This document shows, piece by piece, positions 9,550 to 19,359 of a stretch of DNA of 64,000 nt. This DNA is from Candidatus Doudnabacteria bacterium (GTDB taxonomy: Bacteria; Patescibacteriota; Doudnabacteria; UBA920; O2-02-FULL-48-8): positions 183,556-247,555 of the forward strand of contig JACPFQ010000004.1 in NCBI GenBank assembly GCA_016182875.1, written 5' to 3'. The position numbers were made by a program, and so were the translations under genes. The notes below the pieces were generated by a model. The model was given only the letters and a program-made list of their open reading frames with translations. It ran no database searches and was not told the origin of the DNA. How positions within the stretch are numbered: position 1 is the stretch's first letter; every line of letters starts with the position of its first letter.

Positions 9550-9817
9550 AATTGCTGGATTATTGTATCATTTTAACGAAAGGAAATAAATCAATGGCAG
9601 AAACAGAGTCAAGGCCGCCGATGGAAGCAAAACCGCAGCAGTCGCCTCCCCCTCCTACGCGGGAGCAGAGGAGGGAGTGGGACCGTCCAAAGCCAGGCGA
9701 GCTTGCAGATAACCCCGAACATTGGCGGGAAAAAGACTAAAATTTTGAATCAGTGCTGCGAAAGTCAAAAAGGAGCATCAGGCTCCTCCAGTTTCAGATA
9801 CTTTACAAAAAAAGGAT

Positions 9818-11314
9818 ATGACCAAACTTTATCCCTACATGTTCCGCGATTACGACGTCCGCGGAGTCGCCGGCAAAGATGCCCAGAGTTTTGACCAGAA
9901 AATAGTCGATGAGTATGAACGATGGTATGGCCCCTTTCCGGGCGTGACCCTGACCCTGGATGCCGCAGGGCTCATAGGGCAAGCGTTCGGAACCATCATC
10001 AGGAGAGAGGGTGGAAAGGAAGTGGTGGTCGGGCACGAGCTTCGGCCTTTTGCCGAAGAGCTGACCAATGCCTTCATTGCCGGTGTCCGGAAGTCAGGAG
10101 TTGCCGTGACTGACCTTGGCGTTTCGCTTACTCCGGTTGTTTATTTTGCCACGGCTTATCTCAAATTTGACGGCGGAGTGAACGTCACCGGCAGCCACAA
10201 CGTTTATTTTTTCAACGGCTTCAAGCTTATGAAAAAAGACGTTTATCCGCTGTTTGGCGAAGAACTGCAGAAGTTAAGAAAAATGATTGAAGATAAAGAC
10301 TTGATTACTGACGAGCAGGGCGATTACAAAAAGACCGACGGTTATAAAATATACAGAGAATATTTTTTGAGCCACATTAAACTCAAGAGAAAACTGAAAG
10401 TTGTTTTGGATACTGGCAACGGCAGCGCCGGCATGTTTGCCCCTGAGCTTTTAAAAGAATTGGGATGCGAGGTTATCGGATTATATACCGATGTCGACAC
10501 GAGCTTTCCCAATCACATTCCGGACCCGGAAGTCCGGCAGAGTTATGGTGAGCTTCAGAAAAAAATTGTTGAACACAAAGCCGATCTTGGGATAGCCATC
10601 GATGCAGACGGCGACCGCGTCGGATTTTTCACGGAAAAAGGAGAGTACGTCGACACCGATATGCCGCTCCTGCTTCTGGCCAAGGACGTTTTGACCCGTT
10701 ATCCGGGAAAAAAGATATTGTTTGACGTCAAATGCAGCCAACTTCTTTCCGAGTTAGTGCCTCAATATGGCGGCGTGCCTTTGATGCACCGAACCGGGCA
10801 CGCGCCAATAAAAGCCACCATGCGCAACGACCGCGAGGTGATTTTTGCCGGCGAAGTCTCGGGCCATTTATTTTTCGTGGAAGACTACTTTAAAATCGAC
10901 GACGCCTTGTTTGGCGCGGGCAAAATGCTGGAGCTGCTTTCTAAGTCCAACCAGCCATTTTCCAAACTGTTTGCGGAGTTCCCTCAAAGAGTCCGAACGC
11001 CGGAAATCAAATTGCCGTGCAGTGACGAATCGAAATTCAAGGTTGTCGAGCAAATCCAAAAAACTTTCCAAATTCGCTACCAAATTGTTACTTTGGACGG
11101 AGCCCGGATTCAATTCAGCGAGAAAGGCTGGGGACTGGTGCGGGCCTCAAACACTTCGCCTTATTTGACTATCAGGGTTGAAGCCGAAAAGGAACAGGAA
11201 GTTTTGAAAATAAAAAATATTTTGGCCGATGAACTGGAAAAATTTCCGGAAGTTGCCGATAAGCTGGATCGCTTTAACGTTGCCAGCTTAACGGGCAAGC
11301 TCGGCTGGCTTTAA
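9818..11314 (+). CDS. phosphoglucomutase/phosphomannomutase (alpha-D-phosphohexomutase family)
   Basis: Active-site TGSHN motif, GDGDR Mg-binding loop (DADGDR). Confidence 0.85.
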   Translation: MTKLYPYMFRDYDVRGVAGKDAQSFDQKIVDEYERWYGPFPGVTLTLDAAGLIGQAFGTIIRREGGKEVVVGHELRPFAEELTNAFIAGVRKSGVAVTDLGVSLTPVVYFATAYLKFDGGVNVTGSHNVYFFNGFKLMKKDVYPLFGEELQKLRKMIEDKDLITDEQGDYKKTDGYKIYREYFLSHIKLKRKLKVVLDTGNGSAGMFAPELLKELGCEVIGLYTDVDTSFPNHIPDPEVRQSYGELQKKIVEHKADLGIAIDADGDRVGFFTEKGEYVDTDMPLLLLAKDVLTRYPGKKILFDVKCSQLLSELVPQYGGVPLMHRTGHAPIKATMRNDREVIFAGEVSGHLFFVEDYFKIDDALFGAGKMLELLSKSNQPFSKLFAEFPQRVRTPEIKLPCSDESKFKVVEQIQKTFQIRYQIVTLDGARIQFSEKGWGLVRASNTSPYLTIRVEAEKEQEVLKIKNILADELEKFPEVADKLDRFNVASLTGKLGWL

Positions 11315-11345
11315 AAAAACAGACCCGGGGCAGGAGAACCGGGCC
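11313..11345 (-). terminator. rho-independent terminator for GC-rich ORF 11371..11691
   Basis: cccgg...ccggg hairpin followed by T7 on minus strand. Confidence 0.5.
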
Positions 11346-11370
11346 AGGAAGAAGCCGTGAAGCCGCACGC

Positions 11371-11691
11371 TTAGGCGGCGGCTGCGCGCTCTGCGGCGTA
11401 GTAGGCGCGACGGGCCTCGCGCGGATCAGGAAGCTGAATGCCTGCCTCAAACGTCCCGGCTTCCAGGACACCAGGAAGGGCACGAAGCAGGACCAAATCT
11501 TCTTCTCCACGGAAGTCCGGGAACTCGATGTTCAGCGAAAGCGGATTCTGGTCGCTGGCCTCAGCGGGAAGAATGTCCATACGGCCTGCTCGATCGCGGG
11601 CATCTCCACGGACTCCGATGTAGCACTGACGATAGTACTCCACAGTTTTCCTATCAGTGCAGCGCATGTAAACGAGCTGGCGCCAAGCCAT
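11371..11691 (-). CDS. GC-rich orphan hypothetical protein (106 aa)
   Basis: AGGAGG RBS 5 nt before ATG 11691; own terminator; ~62% GC versus ~43% flanks. Confidence 0.45.
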   Translation of the reverse strand: MAWRQLVYMRCTDRKTVEYYRQCYIGVRGDARDRAGRMDILPAEASDQNPLSLNIEFPDFRGEEDLVLLRALPGVLEAGTFEAGIQLPDPREARRAYYAAERAAAA

Positions 11692-11836
11692 GGGATCCTC
11701 CTTCTCATGCAAAACGAGCCACTCTAAAAGAGTGACTCAGATGTTCGGAAACGGGTCGATATATAATTGCTGTTTGTTTTTGCTGAAGTAAGAAGCATTA
11801 AACGCTCCTTACTTTAAGTATATACCCCTTATATTA

Positions 11837-11972
11837 GCGGTCAAGACCTATCACTGCTTCGCCAAGGCTTCGCAGTGCTAGCACTGCTTAGTTTCAACGG
11901 CGTAGTGCAAGCAGTGTCCTGCGTAGCTTTCTTGTTCTTCGTAGCTTCAGCGAAGAAGAAAGCGAAGCAGGG
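11837..11972. repeat. MITE-like palindromic element flanked by 9-bp direct repeat cttatatta (11828..11836 and 11973..11981)
   Basis: Shares cactgcttcgccaaggcttcgcagtgctagca...gcagtgtcctgcgtagcttt...gcgaagcagg with 60920..60980; internal inverted repeats. Confidence 0.55.
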
Positions 11973-11973
11973 C

Positions 11974-12990
11974 TTATATTAGGCCAATTTTTTCTTTGAC
12001 CTCTGCCAGAGTTTTGCCGGCGATTTTTTGAGCTTTTGAGGCACCTTCCGCCAGAATTTGTGTCAGTTGTTTTTTGTTAGCCATTATTTTTGTTTTTTTG
12101 TTTCGAAATTCCGCGAAGTGTTCGGCGATTTTTTTTGCGAGAGATTCCTTAAGTTCGTTGTATTTAGTAAAATCTTTTACTCGACTGGTGCCCCCGAATT
12201 GTTCGAGCAAGAATTTCAGGTTCTCGACTCCGGGCGAACCTTTTTTGGTATCAGTGGCAGTCACCGCTTTCTTGAGCTTGCGTAAAATTTCTTGGGGGGA
12301 GTCGTCCAGCATCAGCGCTTCATCGCCAGTCTTGCTCATTTTCTTGGTCGGGTCTGACAAGCTCATGATACGCAGCGGCTTTTGTAAGTAGGTCTTGGGT
12401 ATTGGAAATGTTTCGCCGAATCTGTTGTTAAATAATTTAGCTGTGTGTTTTGTTAAATCAATATGAGCTACTTGATCCTCTCCCACGGGTACCAGCGTTG
12501 GTTTGTAAAGTAATATATCGGCCGCCATTAAAGAGGGATAATTCAACAGTCCAGCATTAACATGAAATTTCATGTCGTTCATTGCATTAACTATAAATTG
12601 TCTTCTCGCCGTGACGTTATTTTCTATTTTATATTCTGACAATTTAGCTTTTTCAGTAAATTGAGGCATCCTTAATAATTCACCTAAGGATGTTAAGCAA
12701 TTAAAAATCCAGGCGAGTTCCGTGTGTTCCAAAACTTGGCTCTGCAAGAAGAAAACTGATTTATCTGGGTCAATGCCAGCAGCCAAATATTCCGCAGCGA
12801 CTTCCAAAGTATTTTGAGAAAGCTCTTTGGGTTCAAATGGCGTGGTTAAGGCATGGAGGTCGGCAATAAAAAAGAAGCACTCGTGGCCGCCTGAATTCTG
12901 CAGTTCCACAAATTGCTTCAACGCGCCCAGATAGTTGCCGACGTGAAGTTTGCCCGACGCTCGGATGCCTGAGAGAATTCGTTCTTTCAT
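11974..12990 (-). CDS. trpS: tryptophanyl-tRNA synthetase
   Basis: HVGNYLG (HIGH) and KMSKT (KMSKS) class I motifs. Confidence 0.9.
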   Translation of the reverse strand: MKERILSGIRASGKLHVGNYLGALKQFVELQNSGGHECFFFIADLHALTTPFEPKELSQNTLEVAAEYLAAGIDPDKSVFFLQSQVLEHTELAWIFNCLTSLGELLRMPQFTEKAKLSEYKIENNVTARRQFIVNAMNDMKFHVNAGLLNYPSLMAADILLYKPTLVPVGEDQVAHIDLTKHTAKLFNNRFGETFPIPKTYLQKPLRIMSLSDPTKKMSKTGDEALMLDDSPQEILRKLKKAVTATDTKKGSPGVENLKFLLEQFGGTSRVKDFTKYNELKESLAKKIAEHFAEFRNKKTKIMANKKQLTQILAEGASKAQKIAGKTLAEVKEKIGLI

Positions 12991-13020
12991 GAGAGTATTA
13001 TAGCTTAATTTTATAACCCC

Positions 13021-13099
13021 TCCCAGCCTCCCCTTATATTAAGGGGAGGAGTAATAAATTCCCCCTCTTAAAATAAGAGGGGGCTAGGGGGAGTTATTA
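13021..13099. repeat. C-rich/G-rich twin-hairpin element (cccagccYcccc...ccccctcttaaaataagaggggg...gggggagttat)
   Basis: Related copy 18972..19039 inside uvrC; similar short cccctc/gagggg hairpins at 53798..53822 and 54046..54070. Confidence 0.5.
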
Positions 13100-14845
13100 T
13101 ACCTCAATCACTACCGGTAATATCATGGGCCGGCGTTCGGTGCGCTGATAGAGGAATTCCCCGATTTGGTCGCGGACTTCGGAGCGGATGTAGGCCCAGC
13201 TGGGTTCAGCCTGCTTCATTTTGCTTTTAGTCTCCACGATTTTACGCACTTCGTGCTTGACTTCCTTGAGCAAATCCTCCGAGCCCTTCATATAAATGAA
13301 TCCGCGGGAGATAATGTCTGGCGGTTGGGCCAGCTTTCCGGTGGCGCGCTCCAAGGACATGATAATGACGAACATACCGTCCGTGCTCATAACCTGGCGG
13401 TCACGTAGCACGACCTCGCCGACGTCGCCCACACCCAAGCCGTCCACGAATACATAACCGGTTGGGATTTTGGCTTCTGACACTCGGACTTTGCCGGAAG
13501 GATCGAGTTCCAGCATCTGCCCGTTATCCAGGGTAAAGATGTTTTCTTCCGGCACTCCGACATTGCGGGCTAGATTGGCGTGGGCCACCAACATGTGGTA
13601 TTCGCCGTGAATGGGCATGAAATATTTCGGCCTGGTCAAGCCGATCATGAGTTTCAAGTCTTCCTGGTAAGCGTGGCCAGAAGTGTGGATGTCAAGAATC
13701 TTCATGTAAAGAACCTTGGCCCCTTGTCGGGCTAGGTTGGACAGGGTCGATGAAATCGACCGCTCGTTGCCGGGGATCGGAGAAGCGGAAACAATGACCG
13801 TATCGCCCTTTTTGATTTCAATGGTTTTATGCTCCCCGCGGGCAATGCGGGCCAAGGCCGAAAATTCTTCGCCTTGAGAGCCCGTAGTCAGAATAACGAC
13901 CTGGTTGTCCGGCAGTTTGCGGGCCTGCTCCATTTTGATAATCATGTTTTTGGCCGGCAGTTTGAGGTATCCCGTAGCCAGACAAATTTCAACGCTGTTG
14001 ACTAACGACCGGCCGGTGACGACCACTTTCCGGTTGCTTTTGTCGGCGGCGTCGAATAATTGCTGGACGCGGCCGATAAGCGTTGAGAAGGTTGTGAAGA
14101 TCACGCGGCCCTTGGCATCCATAAGCAGGCGGTCAATGGTTTCGCCCAGCGTTTTTTCGGACATCGAGTAGCCCGGCTTTTCGGCGTTAGTCGAATCAGA
14201 CATGAGCAAGGCCACGCCCTCGCCCCCGAATTTGGCCAATTTATCAAACTCCGTCGGCTTGCCGTCCACCGGCGTGTGGTCGAATTTCCAGTCCGTGGCA
14301 TATACAATCAGTCCGGCCGGGGAATTGATGGCCAGGCCGATGCTGTCCGGAATATTGTGGTTGAGCCGGAAGAATCTGATTCGGAAGTTGCCCAAGGTTA
14401 AAATATCGTCCTTATTGAGTTCGAAAATTTTAGAGCGACCGAGCAGATGAAATTCATCCAGGCGCTTCTTAATGAATTCACCGGTCAGCTTCATGGTATA
14501 GATGGGCGGGTCGCCGATTTTGGGCAGGATATAGGGAATGGCTCCGATATGGTCCAAGTGGCCGTGAGTGACAATCACTCCTTTAATGCGTTTTTTATTT
14601 TCTTCCAGATACTTGGTGTTGGGAATGATGTAGTCGATGCCAGGCATGGTTTCATCCGGGAAACCAAGTCCCATATCGATGACCAAAATATCGTCGCCGT
14701 ATTCCATGATGGTCATGTTTTCGCCGACTTCTTCGATTCCGCCCAAAGGAATGACCTTTAGTGTTTGTTTGGCGTCGAGTTTGACTGCTTGAGCCTGTTG
14801 AGCAGGACGGTTGAGGACCGCAGTTTGCGTTCTACGCATAATCAT
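13097..14845 (-). CDS. rnj: ribonuclease J (metallo-beta-lactamase/beta-CASP)
   Basis: HGHLDHIG motif, beta-CASP and C-terminal domain length. Confidence 0.9.
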   Translation of the reverse strand: MIMRRTQTAVLNRPAQQAQAVKLDAKQTLKVIPLGGIEEVGENMTIMEYGDDILVIDMGLGFPDETMPGIDYIIPNTKYLEENKKRIKGVIVTHGHLDHIGAIPYILPKIGDPPIYTMKLTGEFIKKRLDEFHLLGRSKIFELNKDDILTLGNFRIRFFRLNHNIPDSIGLAINSPAGLIVYATDWKFDHTPVDGKPTEFDKLAKFGGEGVALLMSDSTNAEKPGYSMSEKTLGETIDRLLMDAKGRVIFTTFSTLIGRVQQLFDAADKSNRKVVVTGRSLVNSVEICLATGYLKLPAKNMIIKMEQARKLPDNQVVILTTGSQGEEFSALARIARGEHKTIEIKKGDTVIVSASPIPGNERSISSTLSNLARQGAKVLYMKILDIHTSGHAYQEDLKLMIGLTRPKYFMPIHGEYHMLVAHANLARNVGVPEENIFTLDNGQMLELDPSGKVRVSEAKIPTGYVFVDGLGVGDVGEVVLRDRQVMSTDGMFVIIMSLERATGKLAQPPDIISRGFIYMKGSEDLLKEVKHEVRKIVETKSKMKQAEPSWAYIRSEVRDQIGEFLYQRTERRPMILPVVIEV

Positions 14846-15076
14846 AAGCGCACAAAAACCTTTCTCCCGCTGTGTTAACGGGGATTTAATTTAAAGAAAT
14901 TGGAGCTGTCAGCCAGGGCTGAACCGCTGGGCTTATTGCTCAATTTAACACAACACAAGCTAAAATCTCTCGATTTTGGACTGTATGGTATCAACTTTGG
15001 ATTCATTCCCGCCTAAAGCGGCACGAAAAAAGCTTATATATAGTATAGCTGAGAATTTCAGCGCTGTCAATCGTTT

Positions 15077-15163
15077 TGGTGGGCACGGTGGGAGTTGAAC
15101 CCACACGGACGTAAGTCCACACGCTCCTGAAGCGTGCGCGTATGCCAGTTCCGCCACGTGCCC
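15077..15163 (-). tRNA. tRNA-Leu (anticodon CAG), CCA encoded
   Basis: Cloverleaf with long variable arm; anticodon loop TTCAGGA. Confidence 0.85.
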
Positions 15164-15198
15164 TCGTCGCAGTATTTTATCAATTTTACTGCCTTATT

Positions 15199-16971
15199 TC
15201 AACGGGTTTCGATATACCACTTATTGACGTCAGAAAATCTTTCGGAAGGATGAATAATGGTTGTCTGCTCAAAACCTTTGATTTTTTTCGGAAGGTTGTA
15301 GACAAACACCGCGCTGTCCACGAAAACCGCCGGTATCGCGTCGAGAACGATCGTTTGGAACTGCTGATAGTTGGCGGCCCTGACATTGACGTCATTGGTT
15401 TGGCGCGCGGCCAGAAGCAGTTTGTCCACGTCCGCATTGGCAAAGCCGGAAAGATTCAAGCCTGGATCCCTCGCCTGGGAGGAATGCCAGAACGGAAACG
15501 GGTCAGGGTCAGCGCCGGTGTTTTCGGCAAACAGCAGGGCATCGAAATTTCTTGTTCGGATGTAGTTGGTTTGGAGCTCCGCGGCCGAGACAATCACCAG
15601 ATGGACATTGGCGCCCAAAGCCGACCACTGGCTCTGGAGCATCTGCGCCGTTTTCACGTTGAGCACAAAGTCATTCGTGACCAAGTTGAACTCGAACGGC
15701 CGCTTGTTTTTTATGCGGAGGCCGGCGGCCGGGTCCATGACCCACCCTCCTTTATCAAGAATCGCCGCCGCTTCGCTTAAGTTGTTATGCGTTGCTTCTT
15801 TGACCTTCGGGCTGTAGCCGAGGTTGCCTTCCAGTATCGGGCCGTAGGCTTCTTTGGCGTATCCGGAATAGACTTGTTCAATTATGCTCTTGCGGTCTGA
15901 CGCAAGCCAAAGCGCTTGCCGGACAGCCTTATCGGCGAGCACTGGGTTTTTCGGCAAGTTAAAGAATACCGCCTGGTACTGCGGCAGGCCCAATTGATAT
16001 TGGTTATGCTTTTCGGAGTCTTCGAGAAACAGTTTTTTATCAAACGGCAGATATCCAATGCCTTGAATTTCCTTTGATTGGTAAGCGTTAAGCAAGCCGT
16101 CGTAATCCGGATAGAATTTAAATGTTATGCGTTCGATCCACGCCCGGCCGAAATGATAGTTGCCGCTGGCTTTAAAGACTATTGATTTAATCGTGCCGTC
16201 GGCGGTTTTTTTTATCTCGCGCACGCTGAAGGGCCCGGAGCCGACTGCCTTGAGGTTTTGGTCCGCGAGGCGGAAGTTGGTGGGCGGCAAACCCTCCCAA
16301 ATGTGTTTGGGCAGAATCCCTAAAGTAAAGTTGGTGATGAACGAAGCTGAAACTTCTCTGAGAGTGAAAGTTACGGTCAAATCATCGACTTTTTCCGCTT
16401 TCACGCGGCTGAAATTCCCCCGCAAAGGCGATTCATATTCGGAATTTTGGATTGTTTCAATCGTGAAAATTATGTCGTCGGCCAAAAGCGGCTTTTTGTC
16501 CTGCCATTTTAGGTTCGGCTTGAGCTTGATGGTATAAACTTTTTGGTCCGGCGAGACGGTGGGCAGACTTTCTGCCAGGTCAGGAACCAGCTTTAAGTCT
16601 TTATCGAATTTCAGCAGCTGCGCGTAGGCAATCCTGCTCAAATCCGAATCGACGCTGGACGCGGGAGCGAGAATCGGGTTAATAAATCGCGGCTGGCCGA
16701 CGATGCCCTCTACATATTCGCCGCCGTAATCAGGGGCGTTGTCACCTGGGCTATTCATGCTGTCCGATGCGAGAAGCAGCCCGCTGCTTAGCGTCAAGAC
16801 GAGCAAGATGATTATGGCCATCAAATCTCGTTTTTTGAAGGTTTCCAAATATTTTGGCAGGATTCGCGAATTAAATCTCGGCAGAAACCTAAGCCCGCCG
16901 CCCGCCCTGCGCAGAATTGAAAAAAGACCTTGCAGGGTCTTAGGCAGATTTATTTTGAATTTTAAATTCAT
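15199..16971 (-). CDS. ABC transporter substrate-binding protein, family 5 (Opp/Dpp-like)
   Basis: SBP_bac_5-like length and motifs; N-terminal TM/signal (true start may be the internal Met ~16819). Confidence 0.8.
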   Translation of the reverse strand: MNLKFKINLPKTLQGLFSILRRAGGGLRFLPRFNSRILPKYLETFKKRDLMAIIILLVLTLSSGLLLASDSMNSPGDNAPDYGGEYVEGIVGQPRFINPILAPASSVDSDLSRIAYAQLLKFDKDLKLVPDLAESLPTVSPDQKVYTIKLKPNLKWQDKKPLLADDIIFTIETIQNSEYESPLRGNFSRVKAEKVDDLTVTFTLREVSASFITNFTLGILPKHIWEGLPPTNFRLADQNLKAVGSGPFSVREIKKTADGTIKSIVFKASGNYHFGRAWIERITFKFYPDYDGLLNAYQSKEIQGIGYLPFDKKLFLEDSEKHNQYQLGLPQYQAVFFNLPKNPVLADKAVRQALWLASDRKSIIEQVYSGYAKEAYGPILEGNLGYSPKVKEATHNNLSEAAAILDKGGWVMDPAAGLRIKNKRPFEFNLVTNDFVLNVKTAQMLQSQWSALGANVHLVIVSAAELQTNYIRTRNFDALLFAENTGADPDPFPFWHSSQARDPGLNLSGFANADVDKLLLAARQTNDVNVRAANYQQFQTIVLDAIPAVFVDSAVFVYNLPKKIKGFEQTTIIHPSERFSDVNKWYIETR

Positions 16972-16977
16972 AAGGCT

Positions 16978-17202
16978 TCATTGGATAAACAAAACCACCA
17001 CGCTTAGCGCTACAAAAACAACGGCTAAGATAATCGTGAAGTAATGCAACCCCCAAGCCAACCCCCGCTTCGAGCGGTAAACAGTACCCTCTCCGCCGAA
17101 AACCGTAGAAAGGCCCCCTTCTTTCTGCTGAAGGAGAATGGAGATGGTGAGCATGACGTTGATCCCAATAAGGGCAAAGACTAAAATATCTTTTATTTGC
17201 AT
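16978..17202 (-). CDS. secG: preprotein translocase subunit SecG
   Basis: Two TM helices with LLQQ.KGGGL...FGG motif. Confidence 0.7.
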   Translation of the reverse strand: MQIKDILVFALIGINVMLTISILLQQKEGGLSTVFGGEGTVYRSKRGLAWGLHYFTIILAVVFVALSVVVLFIQ

Positions 17203-17254
17203 GGTAATTTTATGGCCTAGGTAGTTTGCCAGAAAGCTGCCAATTGGTCAAGAT

Positions 17255-19174
17255 TTAAAGACTGGCCTTTATTTTTTCAGCCGCGGAGTTCCCGACAACG
17301 CGCGCCAGCTCTCCCAATGTCGCTTTGCGAATTTGAGCGACAGACCCAAAGGTTGTCAGCAGCATTTTTTTCTTGGCCGGTCCAATGCCTGCGATTTCAT
17401 CCAAAGTCGAGAGGCGCGAGGCTTTGGATCTGAGCTTTCGGTGATAGGTGATGGCAAAACGATGAGCCTCGTCGCGAATGCGTTGCAGCAAAAAAAGCGC
17501 TATGGAGTTAGGTTGTAAGATTAAGGATTTAGGTTGACCAGGCACAAAGATTTCTTCGAGCTTTTTGGCCAGTCCGATGGTTGCTATATTCAGGTTATAC
17601 ATATGTATAACCTTTTTAGCGACAGAGAGCTGACCCTTACCGCCATCGATGAGGATCAAATCGGGAAGGGGCCAGGTCTTGTCATTGCGAGGAGCCGCAG
17701 GCGACGCGGCAATCTCTTTCTGAGATTGCTTCGCTTCGCTCGCAATGACAGAGCGCATAAATCTACGAGTAAGCATTTCCCTCATCATGGCATAATCATC
17801 CGGCGTGTCTTGGAACTTAATCTTAAACCGCCGATAGTCTTCCTTTTTCGGCCGCCCGAAATCAAACACAATCATTGACCCAACCGCGTTTTTCCCCTGG
17901 ATATTGGAAATATCATACGCTTCGATTCTTCCGGGCAGGGTTTTCAAATTGAGGACGCGCTGAAGTTCTTTGAGCGCGCTCATGAGTCTTGCCTCCTCCA
18001 AAAGCTTCTTGTCTGACTGAGATTCCAGATATTGCTTGGCGTTTTCCTGGCCAAGTTTAATAAGCTTAAGCTTTTGGCCTTTTTTAGGCACTGAGATAAA
18101 GGGCACCTTTTTGGTAGAGAACCCTGACAGTAAAGGTGCCCTTTGTTTTACCGGCGCCAAAATTTCTTTCGGCCAGCTCGAAGCCTCCAAATAATACCTC
18201 GGCAGAAATTCGCTAAGGATTTCGGCAATGCTTGCTCCTTTAGTATTTTCAAGAATAAAATTTTCCTGGCGGATGAGCTTGCCTTCGCGGACTACAAAAA
18301 GGTTCACAGCAGCCGCTGTGGCTTCTATGTAAACGCTGAACACGTCCTGGTCAATTTTTTTTGGATAGACAAGTTTCTGCCTTTCGAGCACGCGGTTAAG
18401 CGCATAAATTTGGTCGCGGACTCTTGCCGCTTTTTCAAACAATTTGGCTCGGGCGTAGCCCTGCATCCGCAATTTTAGGTGTTTAAGAATTTCTGACTGC
18501 CGGCCCTGCAGAAATTCCATGATTTTATTTATGTAGTTTTTTCGGTACTCTTCCAAGGAGATTTTGCCTATACATACTCCCGGGCATTTGCCGATATGGT
18601 AGTAAAAACACGGATGGTTGCTGATTTTTTTGTTGCCGCAGTAAGGGAAAATTTTTCTTAGTAGCCGTAGCGTGTCTTTGATGGAAGCGCTGGAAGTATA
18701 GGGTCCGAAGTAGCGCGCCGATTTATCGGCAGATTTTCTCTCATAGCTAATCGTGGGAATTTCGTCGGCCAAATTGATTTTGACGAATAGGTAATTTTTG
18801 TCATCCCGCAGTAAAATGTTGTACTTGGGTTTGAGCTGTTTGATGAAATTGTTTTCCAGAAGCAGGCTCTCCAGCTCATTGTCGGTAACGGTGTAATCGA
18901 AATCTTTGATCTGCGTGATCATGAGCTGGATTCTCGGCGATAACTCCCCCGCTTTGCCAAGGGCTTTGTCACCCAGCCCCCGGCGGGTAGTGAGGGAGGG
19001 AGTTTCTCTTAATTTAAGAGGGGGTTGGGGGGAGTTATAAAAATGCGAACGCACGCGATTCTTAAGATTAATCGCTTTGCCGACATAAAGAACCAGCCCC
19101 TTGGCGTCTTTGAATGTATAGACACCCGGCTTGCTGGGAAGTTCTTTGATTTTGTCAGCTAGAGCTTTTTGCAT
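17255..19174 (-). CDS. uvrC: excinuclease ABC subunit C
   Basis: GIY-YIG (PGVYxFKD...LYVGKA), UvrC homology, RNase H-like/HhH C-terminus; start set at Met 19174 (the upstream 15 codons lie in a repeat). Confidence 0.9.
   Translation of the reverse strand: MQKALADKIKELPSKPGVYTFKDAKGLVLYVGKAINLKNRVRSHFYNSPQPPLKLRETPSLTTRRGLGDKALGKAGELSPRIQLMITQIKDFDYTVTDNELESLLLENNFIKQLKPKYNILLRDDKNYLFVKINLADEIPTISYERKSADKSARYFGPYTSSASIKDTLRLLRKIFPYCGNKKISNHPCFYYHIGKCPGVCIGKISLEEYRKNYINKIMEFLQGRQSEILKHLKLRMQGYARAKLFEKAARVRDQIYALNRVLERQKLVYPKKIDQDVFSVYIEATAAAVNLFVVREGKLIRQENFILENTKGASIAEILSEFLPRYYLEASSWPKEILAPVKQRAPLLSGFSTKKVPFISVPKKGQKLKLIKLGQENAKQYLESQSDKKLLEEARLMSALKELQRVLNLKTLPGRIEAYDISNIQGKNAVGSMIVFDFGRPKKEDYRRFKIKFQDTPDDYAMMREMLTRRFMRSVIASEAKQSQKEIAASPAAPRNDKTWPLPDLILIDGGKGQLSVAKKVIHMYNLNIATIGLAKKLEEIFVPGQPKSLILQPNSIALFLLQRIRDEAHRFAITYHRKLRSKASRLSTLDEIAGIGPAKKKMLLTTFGSVAQIRKATLGELARVVGNSAAEKIKASL
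17682..17750. repeat. ~69-bp palindromic element (GCGAGCGAAGCGAAGCAATCTC core) lying in frame inside uvrC
   Basis: tcattgcgag...gcaatctctttctgagattgc...ctcgcaatga; encodes ...SVIASEAKQSQKEIAAS...; same core at 30043, 57501, 28989, 32062. Confidence 0.55.
18972..19039. repeat. C-rich hairpin element (family of 13021..13099) lying in frame in the uvrC GIY-YIG region
   Basis: cccagcccccgg...ctcttaatttaagaggggg ttggggggagttat; adds ~25-30 residues (SPQPPLKLRETPSLTTRRGLGDKALGKAGE) between RVRSHF and IQLMITQI. Confidence 0.5.
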
Positions 19175-19179
19175 GGAGA

Positions 19180-19240
19180 TAGATTGCTTCGTCGGCTTCG
19201 CCTCCTCGCAAATGCGCATTCGCGAGCGGACGAAGTCCGC
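19180..19240. repeat. ~60-bp repeat, copy A (inverted copy at 23337..23400)
   Basis: tagattgcttcgtcggcttcgcctcctcgcaaatg(g)cgcat... present in opposite orientation 4.1 kb away. Confidence 0.55.
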
Positions 19241-19359
19241 GTGGCGATCTAATCATTGACGCAACTGATTATATCATAGTAAACTTAGCTGTTCTGCGGA
19301 ATGGTTCCGCGGCACCTTACCAGGGCCTGTATTGGCTCAAAGAACCGGAGGGTTCAGGT

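Noticed and set aside
9552-9740. Small ORF 9594..9740 (48 aa, Pro/Gln-rich) between ychF and pgm
   Set aside because: Weak RBS and low-complexity sequence; could be real but no support beyond an open frame
14960-15157. ORF overlapping tRNA-Leu, and ORF 38081..38266 overlapping tRNA-Lys
   Set aside because: Translation of tRNA reverse complement; no RBS; tRNA structures are unambiguous
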